The position numbers and the translations under genes are program-made. Below the pieces are notes generated by a model that did not search any database, was not told the origin of the DNA, and saw only the letters and a program-made list of their open reading frames with translations. DNA of 64,000 bases from Dehalococcoidales bacterium (GTDB lineage: Bacteria > Chloroflexota > Dehalococcoidia > Dehalococcoidales > UBA5627): the NCBI GenBank assembly GCA_028707255.1, contig JAQTUQ010000004.1, positions 4,239 to 68,238 on the forward strand, read 5' to 3'. How positions within the stretch are numbered: position 1 is the stretch's first letter; each line of letters starts with the position of its first letter. This document shows, one piece after another, positions 37,878-45,748 of this stretch.

Positions 37878-39061
37878 CTTATACCTCCCAGTGCGTTGAT
37901 CACTATATCTATATCCTTATCGCCTCTGCCGGACAGGTTTATAACTACTATCTTATCCTCATCTAGTTTCTTTGCCAGTTCGGTAGCAAAATAAACAGCA
38001 TGAGACGATTCCAGAGCCGGCATAATGCCTTCCATGCGGCATAACAACTGAAAACCTTCCAGCGTTTGCTTATCATCTACTGCAACGTATTTGGCGCGTC
38101 CTGAGTCGTTTAAATAGCTGTGCTCGGGGCCGACTCCCGGATAATCCAGACCGGCCGATATGCTGTGTGTTTCCATGATTTGCCCGTTTTCGTCCTGCAA
38201 CAGGTAAGAACGAGCTCCGTGCAGCATACCGACTGTGCCTGCGCAAATCGTGGAAGCGTGCTTGCCGCTTTCGATACCGCAGCCGGCGGCTTCGCAGCCG
38301 ATAAGATTAACCTGTTTGTCCTCAATAAACGGGTAGAACATACCGATAGCATTACTGCCGCCGCCGACACAGGCGACGATATAATCGGGCAGTCTCTTGT
38401 ATTCTGCAAGCATCTGCTCCCTGGTTTCCTTACCGATGACGGATTGGAAATCCCTGACCATCTGCGGATATGGCTTGGGGCCGACGACAGAACCGAAAAG
38501 GAAATAGGTATCGCGGGAATTTGTAACCCAATCCCTGATAGCTTCATTTACGGCGTCTTTCAGTGTGCGGCTGCCCGAGCAGACAGGAATCACTTCGGCT
38601 CCCATTTGCTTCATTCTGAAGACGTTTAAGGATTGCCTCCTGATATCCTCTTCGCCCATATAGATGGCGCATTTGATTCCCAGCATGGCGCAAACCGCCG
38701 CGGTGGCGACTCCGTGCTGACCGGCTCCCGTTTCGGCGATAATGCGCTGTTTTCCCATCTTTTTAGCCAGCAGTCCCTGACCGAGGGCGTTATTAACTTT
38801 ATGCGCGCCCGTATGTAGCAAGTCTTCCCTTTTTAAAAGTATCTTTGCTCCTCCGCAATGTTTTGTCAGGCTTTCGGCGAAGTATAATGGGGTAGGTCTT
38901 CCTGAATAAACCCTTGACAGCCTCTCAAGTTCAGCCCAGAAAGCGGTGTCTTCTTTAAGTTTTGAGTACGTATCCTCAAGTTCGTCCAGTACGGGTATCA
39001 GTGTTTCGGGAACGAAGCGTCCGCCGTACTCTCCGAAATAACCGTTTTTATCTGGTTGCAT
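37874..39061 (-). CDS. trpB: Tryptophan synthase beta chain
   Basis: 395 aa. [19 protein letters not shown]-lysine motif and GGGSNAIG. Confidence 0.95.
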   Translation of the reverse strand: MQPDKNGYFGEYGGRFVPETLIPVLDELEDTYSKLKEDTAFWAELERLSRVYSGRPTPLYFAESLTKHCGGAKILLKREDLLHTGAHKVNNALGQGLLAKKMGKQRIIAETGAGQHGVATAAVCAMLGIKCAIYMGEEDIRRQSLNVFRMKQMGAEVIPVCSGSRTLKDAVNEAIRDWVTNSRDTYFLFGSVVGPKPYPQMVRDFQSVIGKETREQMLAEYKRLPDYIVACVGGGSNAIGMFYPFIEDKQVNLIGCEAAGCGIESGKHASTICAGTVGMLHGARSYLLQDENGQIMETHSISAGLDYPGVGPEHSYLNDSGRAKYVAVDDKQTLEGFQLLCRMEGIMPALESSHAVYFATELAKKLDEDKIVVINLSGRGDKDIDIVINALGGIR

Positions 39062-39120
39062 GTTATTCCTCCTTGTCGATTAGATATATTTATTTCATTA
39101 ATCCTGGATTTGTTATCGTC

Positions 39121-39293
39121 GCCGCTTCCTTTCCCGATTAAGCGGGACTCAGGATGAGCGGATTTATTATTTCCCATTATAAATGGTCTGTCATGCTGGA
39201 GTTCGTGATGAACGAACGAAGCATCTGGGGTGGTGGGTGTGTATACCTCCCCGCCAGATTCTTCATCCCGATTTATCGGGATTCCAGAATGAC
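39121..39293. repeat. Module G variant plus full composite palindromic repeat, in the aroF-like/trpB intercistronic gap
   Basis: GCCGCTTCCTTTCCCGATTAAGCGGGACTCAGGATGAGCGG. Then GTCATGCTGGAG-TTCGTGATGAACGAACGAA-GCATCTGGGG, spacer, CCCCGCCAGATTCTTC-ATCCCGATTTATCGGGAT-TCCAGAATGAC (39190-39293). It ends 2 nt from the DAHP synthase stop codon. Confidence 0.85.
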
Positions 39294-39295
39294 AT

Positions 39296-40294
39296 TTATT
39301 TGTAAATATACTTAATTTCCTCCATCAGTTTGGCAAATTGCTCGGGGAAGAGTGATTGCATCCCATCAGAAAGGGCATGCACCGGGTCGTGGTGCACCTC
39401 GATTAACAGCCCGTCCGCCCCGACGGCAATGGCTGCTCTGGAAAGAGGGATGACGTAATCGCGTCTTCCTGCGGCATGGCTGGGGTCGACGACAACCGGC
39501 AGGTGGCTGACTTCCTTAATGGACAGTATAGCGCTGATATCCAGGGTATTGCGGACGTTATCAGAAAAAGTACGTATACCGCGCTCGCAAAGTATTACCC
39601 GGTGGTTACCGCCTGCCATAATATATTCGGCAGACATTAAAAGTTCATCTATTGTTGCTGCAAATCCCCTTTTAAGTAATATCGGTTTCTTCGCTTCTCC
39701 TGCTCGTTTCAACAGGGAATAATTTTGCATATTGCGCGCACCTATCTGGATAATATCGGCGTATTTCTCTACGTCATCAAGATTAACGTGGTCGGTGGCT
39801 TCGGTTATCGTCAATAAACCGGTTTCATCGTGCACTTTTTTGAGTATCTTCAAGCCGTCTATCCCCATTCCCTGGAAACTGTAGGGGGATGTCCTCGGTT
39901 TGAATGCACCGCCGCGAAAGACCGTTGCACCGTACTGTTTTACAATTTCAGCTGTGGTTAGTGCCTGTTTTTCGTTTTCGATAGCGCAGGGGCCTGCCAT
40001 AATCACCGGCTTATTGCTGCCGCCGATTTTAACGTTTTCGATAGTGATAATGGTATCTTGCGGATGCGTTTCGCGACTGACCAGCTTATACGGCTTTGTT
40101 ACCGACATCAGTTCCTTGACTCCGTCAAGCGGCAGCAAGCGTGATTCTTCTACCGCTCCCTTATTACCCAGGATGCAGATGGCAGTACGAATTGCGCCGG
40201 GCATGGGAACGCCGCGATAGCCCATATTCTTGATTTCTGCTATGACCCTTTGCACCTGTTCTTCGGTGGCATCGTTTTTCATTATTACCAGCAT
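39296..40294 (-). CDS. 3-deoxy-7-phosphoheptulonate (DAHP) synthase, type I-beta with N-terminal ferredoxin-like/ACT-like regulatory domain
   Basis: 332 aa. N-terminal MLVIMKNDATEEQVQRVIAEIKNMGY... domain, then GPCAIE, FKPRTSPYSFQG and VDPSHA motifs. Confidence 0.9.
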   Translation of the reverse strand: MLVIMKNDATEEQVQRVIAEIKNMGYRGVPMPGAIRTAICILGNKGAVEESRLLPLDGVKELMSVTKPYKLVSRETHPQDTIITIENVKIGGSNKPVIMAGPCAIENEKQALTTAEIVKQYGATVFRGGAFKPRTSPYSFQGMGIDGLKILKKVHDETGLLTITEATDHVNLDDVEKYADIIQIGARNMQNYSLLKRAGEAKKPILLKRGFAATIDELLMSAEYIMAGGNHRVILCERGIRTFSDNVRNTLDISAILSIKEVSHLPVVVDPSHAAGRRDYVIPLSRAAIAVGADGLLIEVHHDPVHALSDGMQSLFPEQFAKLMEEIKYIYK

Positions 40295-40327
40295 TGTTTT
40301 ACTCCTGAAAGATATTTATTATTGTTG

Positions 40328-40414
40328 CCGCTATGGTTCGACAGGCTCACCACGAGCGGCTATGTATTATCCCCACCCCGGATGCTTCATTCGTCCCTCA
40401 CGAATTCAGCATGG
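40328..40414. repeat. Module A plus right-half element, in the trpF/DAHP-synthase intercistronic gap
   Basis: CCGCTATGGTTCGACAGGCTCACCACGAGCGGC then CCCCACCCCGGATGCTTCATTCGTCCCTCACGAATTCAGCATGGC. The second part is nearly identical to 41881-41925. Confidence 0.85.
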
Positions 40415-40424
40415 CAATTAGGCT

Positions 40425-41075
40425 TTACTCCTGAATACGTCTAATTGTATTTATAAAAGACCGTATTTTCTCAATATCTTTTATTCCATCTGTTTCAACC
40501 CCTGTGGAAACATCGACACCCCACGGACGGGCGGATTTTATCAACTGCCCGACATTATCTGCCGAAAGCCCTCCGGCAATTATTACATGGCATTTCGAGG
40601 CGACCTCTTTAGCCAGCGACCAGTCAAAAACTTTCCCCGTGCCGCCGAAGTTATTGCCTGTTTTGGTATCCAGCAGGCATAGCAGTTTATGCTTCAGTTT
40701 TGCCTTATATCCTGCTTCTATTTCATCAATAACCTGTGATGTCATATGACCGTCCGGTATATGGATTACCTTTATAATTGGGAAGTCTATATCTTTGCAG
40801 TAATACCAATCTTCATTTCCGCTGAGCTGCACATAATCGAGGCGGCAATGTTTTGCGGTCTCGTTCACTTCGGAAGCAGGCAAATTTACAAAGACGCCTG
40901 CTATAAGCGGTCTTTTTGCGAGAGCACGGATAACCGATGTTATTTGCAGTGCTTTTTCTTTATCTATCTGGCGTTTGCTTGGGGCAAAGACCAGCCCGAT
41001 AAAATCGGCTCCGGCTTTCGCACAGACTAAAGCATGCTCGATCTGTGTTATACCGCAAATCTTGATTTTGGTCAT
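40425..41075 (-). CDS. trpF: Phosphoribosylanthranilate isomerase
   Basis: 216 aa. KICGIT...GADFIGLVF and a GGL...GVDVSTGVE pattern. 4-nt overlap with trpC. Confidence 0.9.
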   Translation of the reverse strand: MTKIKICGITQIEHALVCAKAGADFIGLVFAPSKRQIDKEKALQITSVIRALAKRPLIAGVFVNLPASEVNETAKHCRLDYVQLSGNEDWYYCKDIDFPIIKVIHIPDGHMTSQVIDEIEAGYKAKLKHKLLCLLDTKTGNNFGGTGKVFDWSLAKEVASKCHVIIAGGLSADNVGQLIKSARPWGVDVSTGVETDGIKDIEKIRSFINTIRRIQE

Positions 41076-41848
41076 AGCAGTTGCCTCATCTTTGCAGCTA
41101 TATCCGGGCTGGCGGTCAGGGCTTCGCCGACCAAAAAATTGGATACTCCGCAGGATTGCAATTCAATAATATCTTCTTTACTGCCGATACCGCTTTCACT
41201 GACGACGATCCTGTCATCGGGTATCAGTTTTTTAAGTCTTTTGGTAACGTTTATGTCCGTTTTAAATGTTCTCAGGTCGCGGTTGTTGATACCGATAATT
41301 CCGGCATCGCTTGCCAGTACAATTTCAAGCTCTTTTTCGTCGTGTACTTCCACCAGGCAATCCATTCCCAGATCACGGCTCAAATCGAGCAGGTATTCCA
41401 TATTCGTCGGCGACAGTATTGCCGCAATCAGCAGCAGGCAGTCGGCTCCGCAGGCGCGCGCCTGGAAAATCTGGTAAGGGTCGCAGATAAAATCTTTCCT
41501 CAGCAGGGGAGGACTATTCTCACCAAATACCTCTTTTATTTCTTTAAGGTAGTCGAGGCTGCCCTGAAAGTATTTAGGTTCAGTCAGCACGGAAATAGCT
41601 GCCGCTCCGTTCGCGGCATATGTTTGCGCTATGGTTACAGGATTGAAGTTCTTGCAAATCACCCCCTTGGAGGGCGATGCTTTTTTTACCTCGGTTATCA
41701 GTTTTATCCTGTCACCGGAAAGCGCCTGAGACAGCGATTTTGCGGGAGGTTGGTCAAACGCCATTTCGTTCAGTTTGTTGAGAGGCAAGCTGCGTTTGGT
41801 GTCTTCCAGATCCTTTTTTGTACCGGCTACTATTTCGTCAAGAATCAT
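41072..41848 (-). CDS. trpC: Indole-3-glycerol phosphate synthase
   Basis: 258 aa. EVKKASPSKG, RKDFI and IGINNRDL motifs. Confidence 0.92.
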   Translation of the reverse strand: MILDEIVAGTKKDLEDTKRSLPLNKLNEMAFDQPPAKSLSQALSGDRIKLITEVKKASPSKGVICKNFNPVTIAQTYAANGAAAISVLTEPKYFQGSLDYLKEIKEVFGENSPPLLRKDFICDPYQIFQARACGADCLLLIAAILSPTNMEYLLDLSRDLGMDCLVEVHDEKELEIVLASDAGIIGINNRDLRTFKTDINVTKRLKKLIPDDRIVVSESGIGSKEDIIELQSCGVSNFLVGEALTASPDIAAKMRQLL

Positions 41849-41880
41849 TGTATTATCCTTTTACCAATATTATTTATTAC

Positions 41881-41970
41881 CCCCGTTCCCGGATGCTTCA
41901 TTCGTCCTTCACGAATTCAGCATGATAATTGGGGGACCGCTCGTGGTGAGCTTGTTGAACCATAGCGGTT
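41881..41970. repeat. Right-half element plus inverted module A, in the trpD/trpC intercistronic gap
   Basis: CCCCGTTCCCGGATGCTTCATTCGTCCTTCACGAATTCAGCATGAT then GACCGCTCGTGGTGAGCTTGTTGAACCATAGCGGTT. Confidence 0.85.
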
Positions 41971-42071
41971 TTTTAATTGTTATTTCTCTCATCCATCTTC
42001 CAGATTTTGTCTGGGCGATGCGGCAATCTCTACCGATTGTTTTAATTACGCCATACAGTCTATTCGGTAAA

Positions 42072-42108
42072 GATTGCTTCATCCGCCTGCGGCGTCTTCG
42101 CAATGACA
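42072..42108. repeat. Right-half element variant next to the trpD stop
   Basis: GATTGCTTC-ATCCGCCTGCGGCGT-CTTCGCAATGACAT. Same ...AATGACATTTAT junction as at 39286-39300. Confidence 0.6.
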
Positions 42109-42120
42109 TTTATATTTTCC

Positions 42121-43131
42121 TTAACAACTGTTACTTACCTTAATCATCTGCTCCAGCTTCTTTTTAGCGGAGCCGTTATCGATGATCTCCACTGCCATTT
42201 TGAAGCCGTCCTTGAGATTCTTCGCTTTATTTCCGGCAACCAGCGCGGCGGCGGCGTTCATAAGCACTATATTGCGCTGAGGGATTATGTCACCATCCAA
42301 TATACGTTTAAGCAGTTCGGCATTTTCCTGCACGCTGCCACCGTTGAGGCTTCCCGGGGTGTCCTTTTGCAGTCCGAAATCTTCTGGCTTTACATAATAG
42401 CAATTAACTTCCCCGTTATTTACTTCGCAAATGTGTGTCTGTCCCGTTATCGTGAACTCATCTATTCCGTCTTCGCCGTGGACTACCAGCGCATGTTCAC
42501 ATCCCAAACCATTAAGAACGATTGCCAGTTTTTCCACAAGTGCATCGCTGGGGACACCCAGAACCTGGTATTTTGCCCCGGCAGGATTGGTCAAAGGTCC
42601 CAGTATATTAAAGACGGTACGGATACCGATTTCCTTGCGGGGGCCGCCGGCAAATTTCATCGCGGGGTGAAAAAGTGGGGCGAACATGAAGCCTATCCCT
42701 GCTTCTTCAATACATTTCCTGACCTGCTCGGCGTTGCAATCGATCTTCACACCCAACGCTTCCAGTACATCCGCACTGCCGCAGCAACTGGACATGGCCC
42801 GGTTGCCGTGCTTGGCAACCTTGATTCCGGCTCCGGCGGCAATAAAAGCGGTGGTGGTGGATATGTTAAAGGTTCCGGCGCAGTCGCCGCCGGTACCGCA
42901 GGTGTCTAATGATGGTTCGTTGAATTCTACCGGAATTGCCTTAGCCCTCATCGTTTTAGCCAGCCCGATGATTTCGTCCGCCGTTTCGCCTTTCATCCTG
43001 AGAGCGGTAACAAAAGAGCCTAATTGCGCGGGTGTTGCTTCTCCGTTCATAATCTCTTCCATAACAGCGGAAGATTCATCTACCGTCAGCGATTCCCGTT
43101 CAACCAGTTTTTTGATAGCTTCCTTAATCAT
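42121..43131 (-). CDS. trpD: Anthranilate phosphoribosyltransferase
   Basis: 336 aa. DTCGTGGD, KHGNRA and NILGPLTNPA motifs. Confidence 0.93.
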   Translation of the reverse strand: MIKEAIKKLVERESLTVDESSAVMEEIMNGEATPAQLGSFVTALRMKGETADEIIGLAKTMRAKAIPVEFNEPSLDTCGTGGDCAGTFNISTTTAFIAAGAGIKVAKHGNRAMSSCCGSADVLEALGVKIDCNAEQVRKCIEEAGIGFMFAPLFHPAMKFAGGPRKEIGIRTVFNILGPLTNPAGAKYQVLGVPSDALVEKLAIVLNGLGCEHALVVHGEDGIDEFTITGQTHICEVNNGEVNCYYVKPEDFGLQKDTPGSLNGGSVQENAELLKRILDGDIIPQRNIVLMNAAAALVAGNKAKNLKDGFKMAVEIIDNGSAKKKLEQMIKVSNSC

Positions 43132-43133
43132 TT

Positions 43134-43712
43134 TTATACCCCCACTTTACTGTTGCTTATAAAGTTTTCCAGCAATTTCATGCCGTTTTCGGTCATAAAG
43201 GATTCGGGGTGGAACTGTATTCCTTCAACCTGATATTGCCTGTGTTTCAGCCCCATTATCGTACCGTCATCTGTCCATGCCGTAACCTCGAGGCAATCCG
43301 GCAGCCCTTCACGGTAAACCATTAAGGAATGATAGCGGATAGCGGAGAATGGATTGGGCATTCCTTCGAAAACACCCTTACCGTCATGGTGAATCAACGA
43401 TGATTTCCCATGCATGACGCTCTTTGCCAAGTCAACCTTGCCGCCGAAGCAGTAACCGATGCACTGGTGTCCCAGACAGACGCCCAGTATCGGCAGTTTG
43501 CCGCTGAAATGTCGTATGACGTCATTCGAAATACCTGCCTGAAGAGGTGTAGCCGGCCCCGGTGAGATAACTATCCTCTCAGGTTTGAGCTTTTCAATCT
43601 CCCCGATAGTTATCTTGTCGTTGCGGACAACAATTACATCCTCTTTCAGTTCGCTTAAATACTGCGAAAGGTTAAAGGTAAAGCTGTCGTAGTTATCGAT
43701 CAGTAGTATCAT
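43134..43712 (-). CDS. trpG: Anthranilate synthase component II (glutamine amidotransferase)
   Basis: 192 aa. PILGVCLGHQ catalytic Cys and GIQFHPES. Confidence 0.92.
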   Translation of the reverse strand: MILLIDNYDSFTFNLSQYLSELKEDVIVVRNDKITIGEIEKLKPERIVISPGPATPLQAGISNDVIRHFSGKLPILGVCLGHQCIGYCFGGKVDLAKSVMHGKSSLIHHDGKGVFEGMPNPFSAIRYHSLMVYREGLPDCLEVTAWTDDGTIMGLKHRQYQVEGIQFHPESFMTENGMKLLENFISNSKVGV

Positions 43713-43723
43713 ATATTTCTCCT

Positions 43724-45175
43724 TTAGCTCCGGGTATCGCTTTTTGCCTGATTAACCGCTTTAAGCAACGCCTTTGCCTTGTTCATGGTCTCTTCGTATT
43801 CACGTTCGGGAATGCTGTCATAGACGATGCCGCAGCCCGATTGCACATAGGCGACATTATCTTTATAAACGATAGTCCTGATGGTAATCGCCATATCCAT
43901 ATTGCCTGTGAATGAGAAGTAACCGGCGGCTCCGGCGTACGGCCCTCTCTTTTCAGGTTCAAGTTCGGCGATGATCTCCATAGCGCGTATCTTGGGTGCA
44001 CCCGAAACGGTTCCGGCAGGAAAACAGGCTCTCAAGGCATCGAAAGAGTTTACGTCTTCGCTTAATTTGCCCTGTACATGGGTAACCAGGTGCATTACGT
44101 GGGAATAGCGTTCCACCGTCATCAGTTCGCTGACCTTAACCGTACCCGGACAGCTGACCCTGCCGATATCGTTGCGTCCCAAATCCACCAGCATGATGTG
44201 CTCGGCGCATTCCTTCTCATCTTTTTTAAGTTCCTCTTCCAATCTGGCATCCTCGGCAGGGGTTTTCCCACGGGGCCTAGTTCCTGCCAGCGGACGGGTC
44301 ATAACGTTGCCGTCTTCGGCTCTTACCAGTATTTCGGGTGATGCCCCGATAATCTGAAAATCCTTGAAATCGAAGAAGAACATATAGGGCGACGGGTTGA
44401 TGGTGCGCAGGGAGCGGTATAAGTCGAACGGCGAGGCCTCCGTCGGCTGTGAGAAACGCTGAGAGAGAACTACCTGTATGGCGTCTCCGGCGGTGATATA
44501 CTCTTTTATTTTAAGAACGCTCTTTTCGAATGATTCTTTAGAGAAATTGGATACCATAACTGCCGGGGCATTTATGGATTTACCTGTCGTGCTGTCATAC
44601 TGCGGCAGATTAATCGGCTGTTCCAGCCTTCTTGTCAGTTCATCGATGCGGCTGACGGCTTTTTTATAAGCGGTTTCGACATCGTCTTCGTCAAGGCGCG
44701 CATAACTCATGATTTTTATATGATGTGTAGCATGGTCGAATACCAGCAGGGTATCCACCATCATAAAAAACGATTCGGGAACGGTCAGGTTATCGGTTTC
44801 AGGGGAGGGGAGCTTTTCGAAGCGGCAGACGGCTTCATAAGACAGGTAGCCGACCGCTCCGCCGCAAAAGCGCGGCAAGCCGTCTATATTAACTATCTTG
44901 TGCTGCTCCATCTCTTTCGAGATAACCGAAAGCGGGTCGATGTTATCCCTGCCGTAGGTGGATAGCGTTTTATAAGGCTCTGTGCCGATGAAGCTGTAAC
45001 GGGCGACGCGTTCGCCGCCTTCTACGCTTTCCAATAGGAATGAGTAGCCACCGCGGTGAATCTTCAAGAATGCGGAGACGGGCGTCTCCAGGTCGGCGAC
45101 CAATTCGCGGTACACAGGAACCATATTGCCCTGTGCTTTTAACTCTTTAACTTCTTCCAGTGTCGGGTGGTACAT
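43724..45175 (-). CDS. trpE: Anthranilate synthase component I
   Basis: 483 aa. LLESVEGG, RPLAGTRPRG, VDLGRNDIGRV and GTVSGAPK motifs. RBS GGAGG 7 nt upstream. Confidence 0.93.
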   Translation of the reverse strand: MYHPTLEEVKELKAQGNMVPVYRELVADLETPVSAFLKIHRGGYSFLLESVEGGERVARYSFIGTEPYKTLSTYGRDNIDPLSVISKEMEQHKIVNIDGLPRFCGGAVGYLSYEAVCRFEKLPSPETDNLTVPESFFMMVDTLLVFDHATHHIKIMSYARLDEDDVETAYKKAVSRIDELTRRLEQPINLPQYDSTTGKSINAPAVMVSNFSKESFEKSVLKIKEYITAGDAIQVVLSQRFSQPTEASPFDLYRSLRTINPSPYMFFFDFKDFQIIGASPEILVRAEDGNVMTRPLAGTRPRGKTPAEDARLEEELKKDEKECAEHIMLVDLGRNDIGRVSCPGTVKVSELMTVERYSHVMHLVTHVQGKLSEDVNSFDALRACFPAGTVSGAPKIRAMEIIAELEPEKRGPYAGAAGYFSFTGNMDMAITIRTIVYKDNVAYVQSGCGIVYDSIPEREYEETMNKAKALLKAVNQAKSDTRS

Positions 45176-45188
45176 AGTAAAACCTCCG

Positions 45189-45222
45189 AAAATAAAAAAC
45201 CCCTCGCCATAGGGGCGAGAGG
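45189..45222 (-). terminator. Intrinsic terminator of the Trp T-box leader
   Basis: Minus strand reads CCUCUCGCC-CCUAU-GGCGAGGGG followed by UUUUUUAUUUU. It ends about 14 nt upstream of the trpE RBS. Confidence 0.8.
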
Positions 45223-45470
45223 TCTATCTTCGCGGTACCACCCTAATTAACTGCAATAATGCAATTATCTCTTTCAGGTACGGCTTATTCAGCGATACCC
45301 TGAGCTTCGTTAACGGTGCTCTTTCCGTCAGTACCTACTCGCTTTCGCTTTCGGGTGCAGCTCCCGAGTCCATTCAACCCCCGCGCCAGCGCCGACTCAC
45401 ACCTTCCCCGGCTCTCTGAGCTTCGCTTTCGAGTTTACTTGTCTCGTTCTCAGCCTTTAGTTTTATATAA
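45189..45470 (-). promoter_or_regulatory. T-box riboswitch leader, tryptophan-specific (specifier UGG)
   Basis: Minus strand shows AGAGAG (45412-45417), a specifier-loop-like GAA-UGG-A (UGG at 45370-45372), F-box CCGUUA (45311-45316) and the conserved T-box AAUUAGGGUGGUACCGCG (45231-45248). That T-box overlaps the 5' flank of the terminator. Confidence 0.85.
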
Positions 45471-45478
45471 TTGTTTTG

Positions 45479-45508
45479 ATTATAGAGAAATATATAAGGG
45501 GTTGTCAA
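45479..45508 (-). promoter_or_regulatory. Promoter of the trp operon / T-box leader
   Basis: Minus strand reads TTGACA, 18 nt spacer, TATAAT. Confidence 0.6.
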
Positions 45509-45543
45509 GGGTGGGGTTGGGGAGGATGCCAACAAATAGAAAC

Positions 45544-45609
45544 CGTAGGGACGGGCATTGCCCGTCCGCCATATTCTTATAAGGGCGGGCGACCATTGGT
45601 CGCCCCTAC
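45544..45609. repeat. Module C copy
   Basis: CGTAGGGACGGGCATTGCCCGTCCGCC...GGGCGGGCGACCATTGGTCGCCCCTAC, upstream of the trp promoter. Confidence 0.9.
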
Positions 45610-45647
45610 AGATTAATATTTAGGTTAGCCATACTCTATCAACAGTA

Positions 45648-45687
45648 CGAATGCTTCATCTCGACATATCGGGGTCCCAGCATGACA
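45648..45687. repeat. Right-half element
   Basis: CGAATGCTTC-ATCTCGACATATCGGGGT-CCCAGCATGACA. Confidence 0.7.
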
Positions 45688-45748
45688 AATAAAAATCCCC
45701 CTCCCATAAAATAGGGAAGGGGATAAATAATAATCCTTACTATAAAAC

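Noticed and set aside
41081-42909. Long plus-strand ORFs (294 aa and 268 aa) across trpC and trpD
   Set aside because: They are antisense to well-supported trp genes. Their ends run into repeat elements and no protein motif is recognisable.
45513-45527. G-quadruplex-like G-runs (GGGTGGGGTTGGGGAGG; similar at 34895-34910)
   Set aside because: Only three runs of three or more G are present in each case, and they are parts of the repeat termini (CCCCA/TGGGG).
45316-45582. 88-aa plus-strand ORF upstream of trpE
   Set aside because: It lies antisense over the T-box leader, the trp promoter and a module C repeat. The RNA explanation accounts for the conservation-like features.
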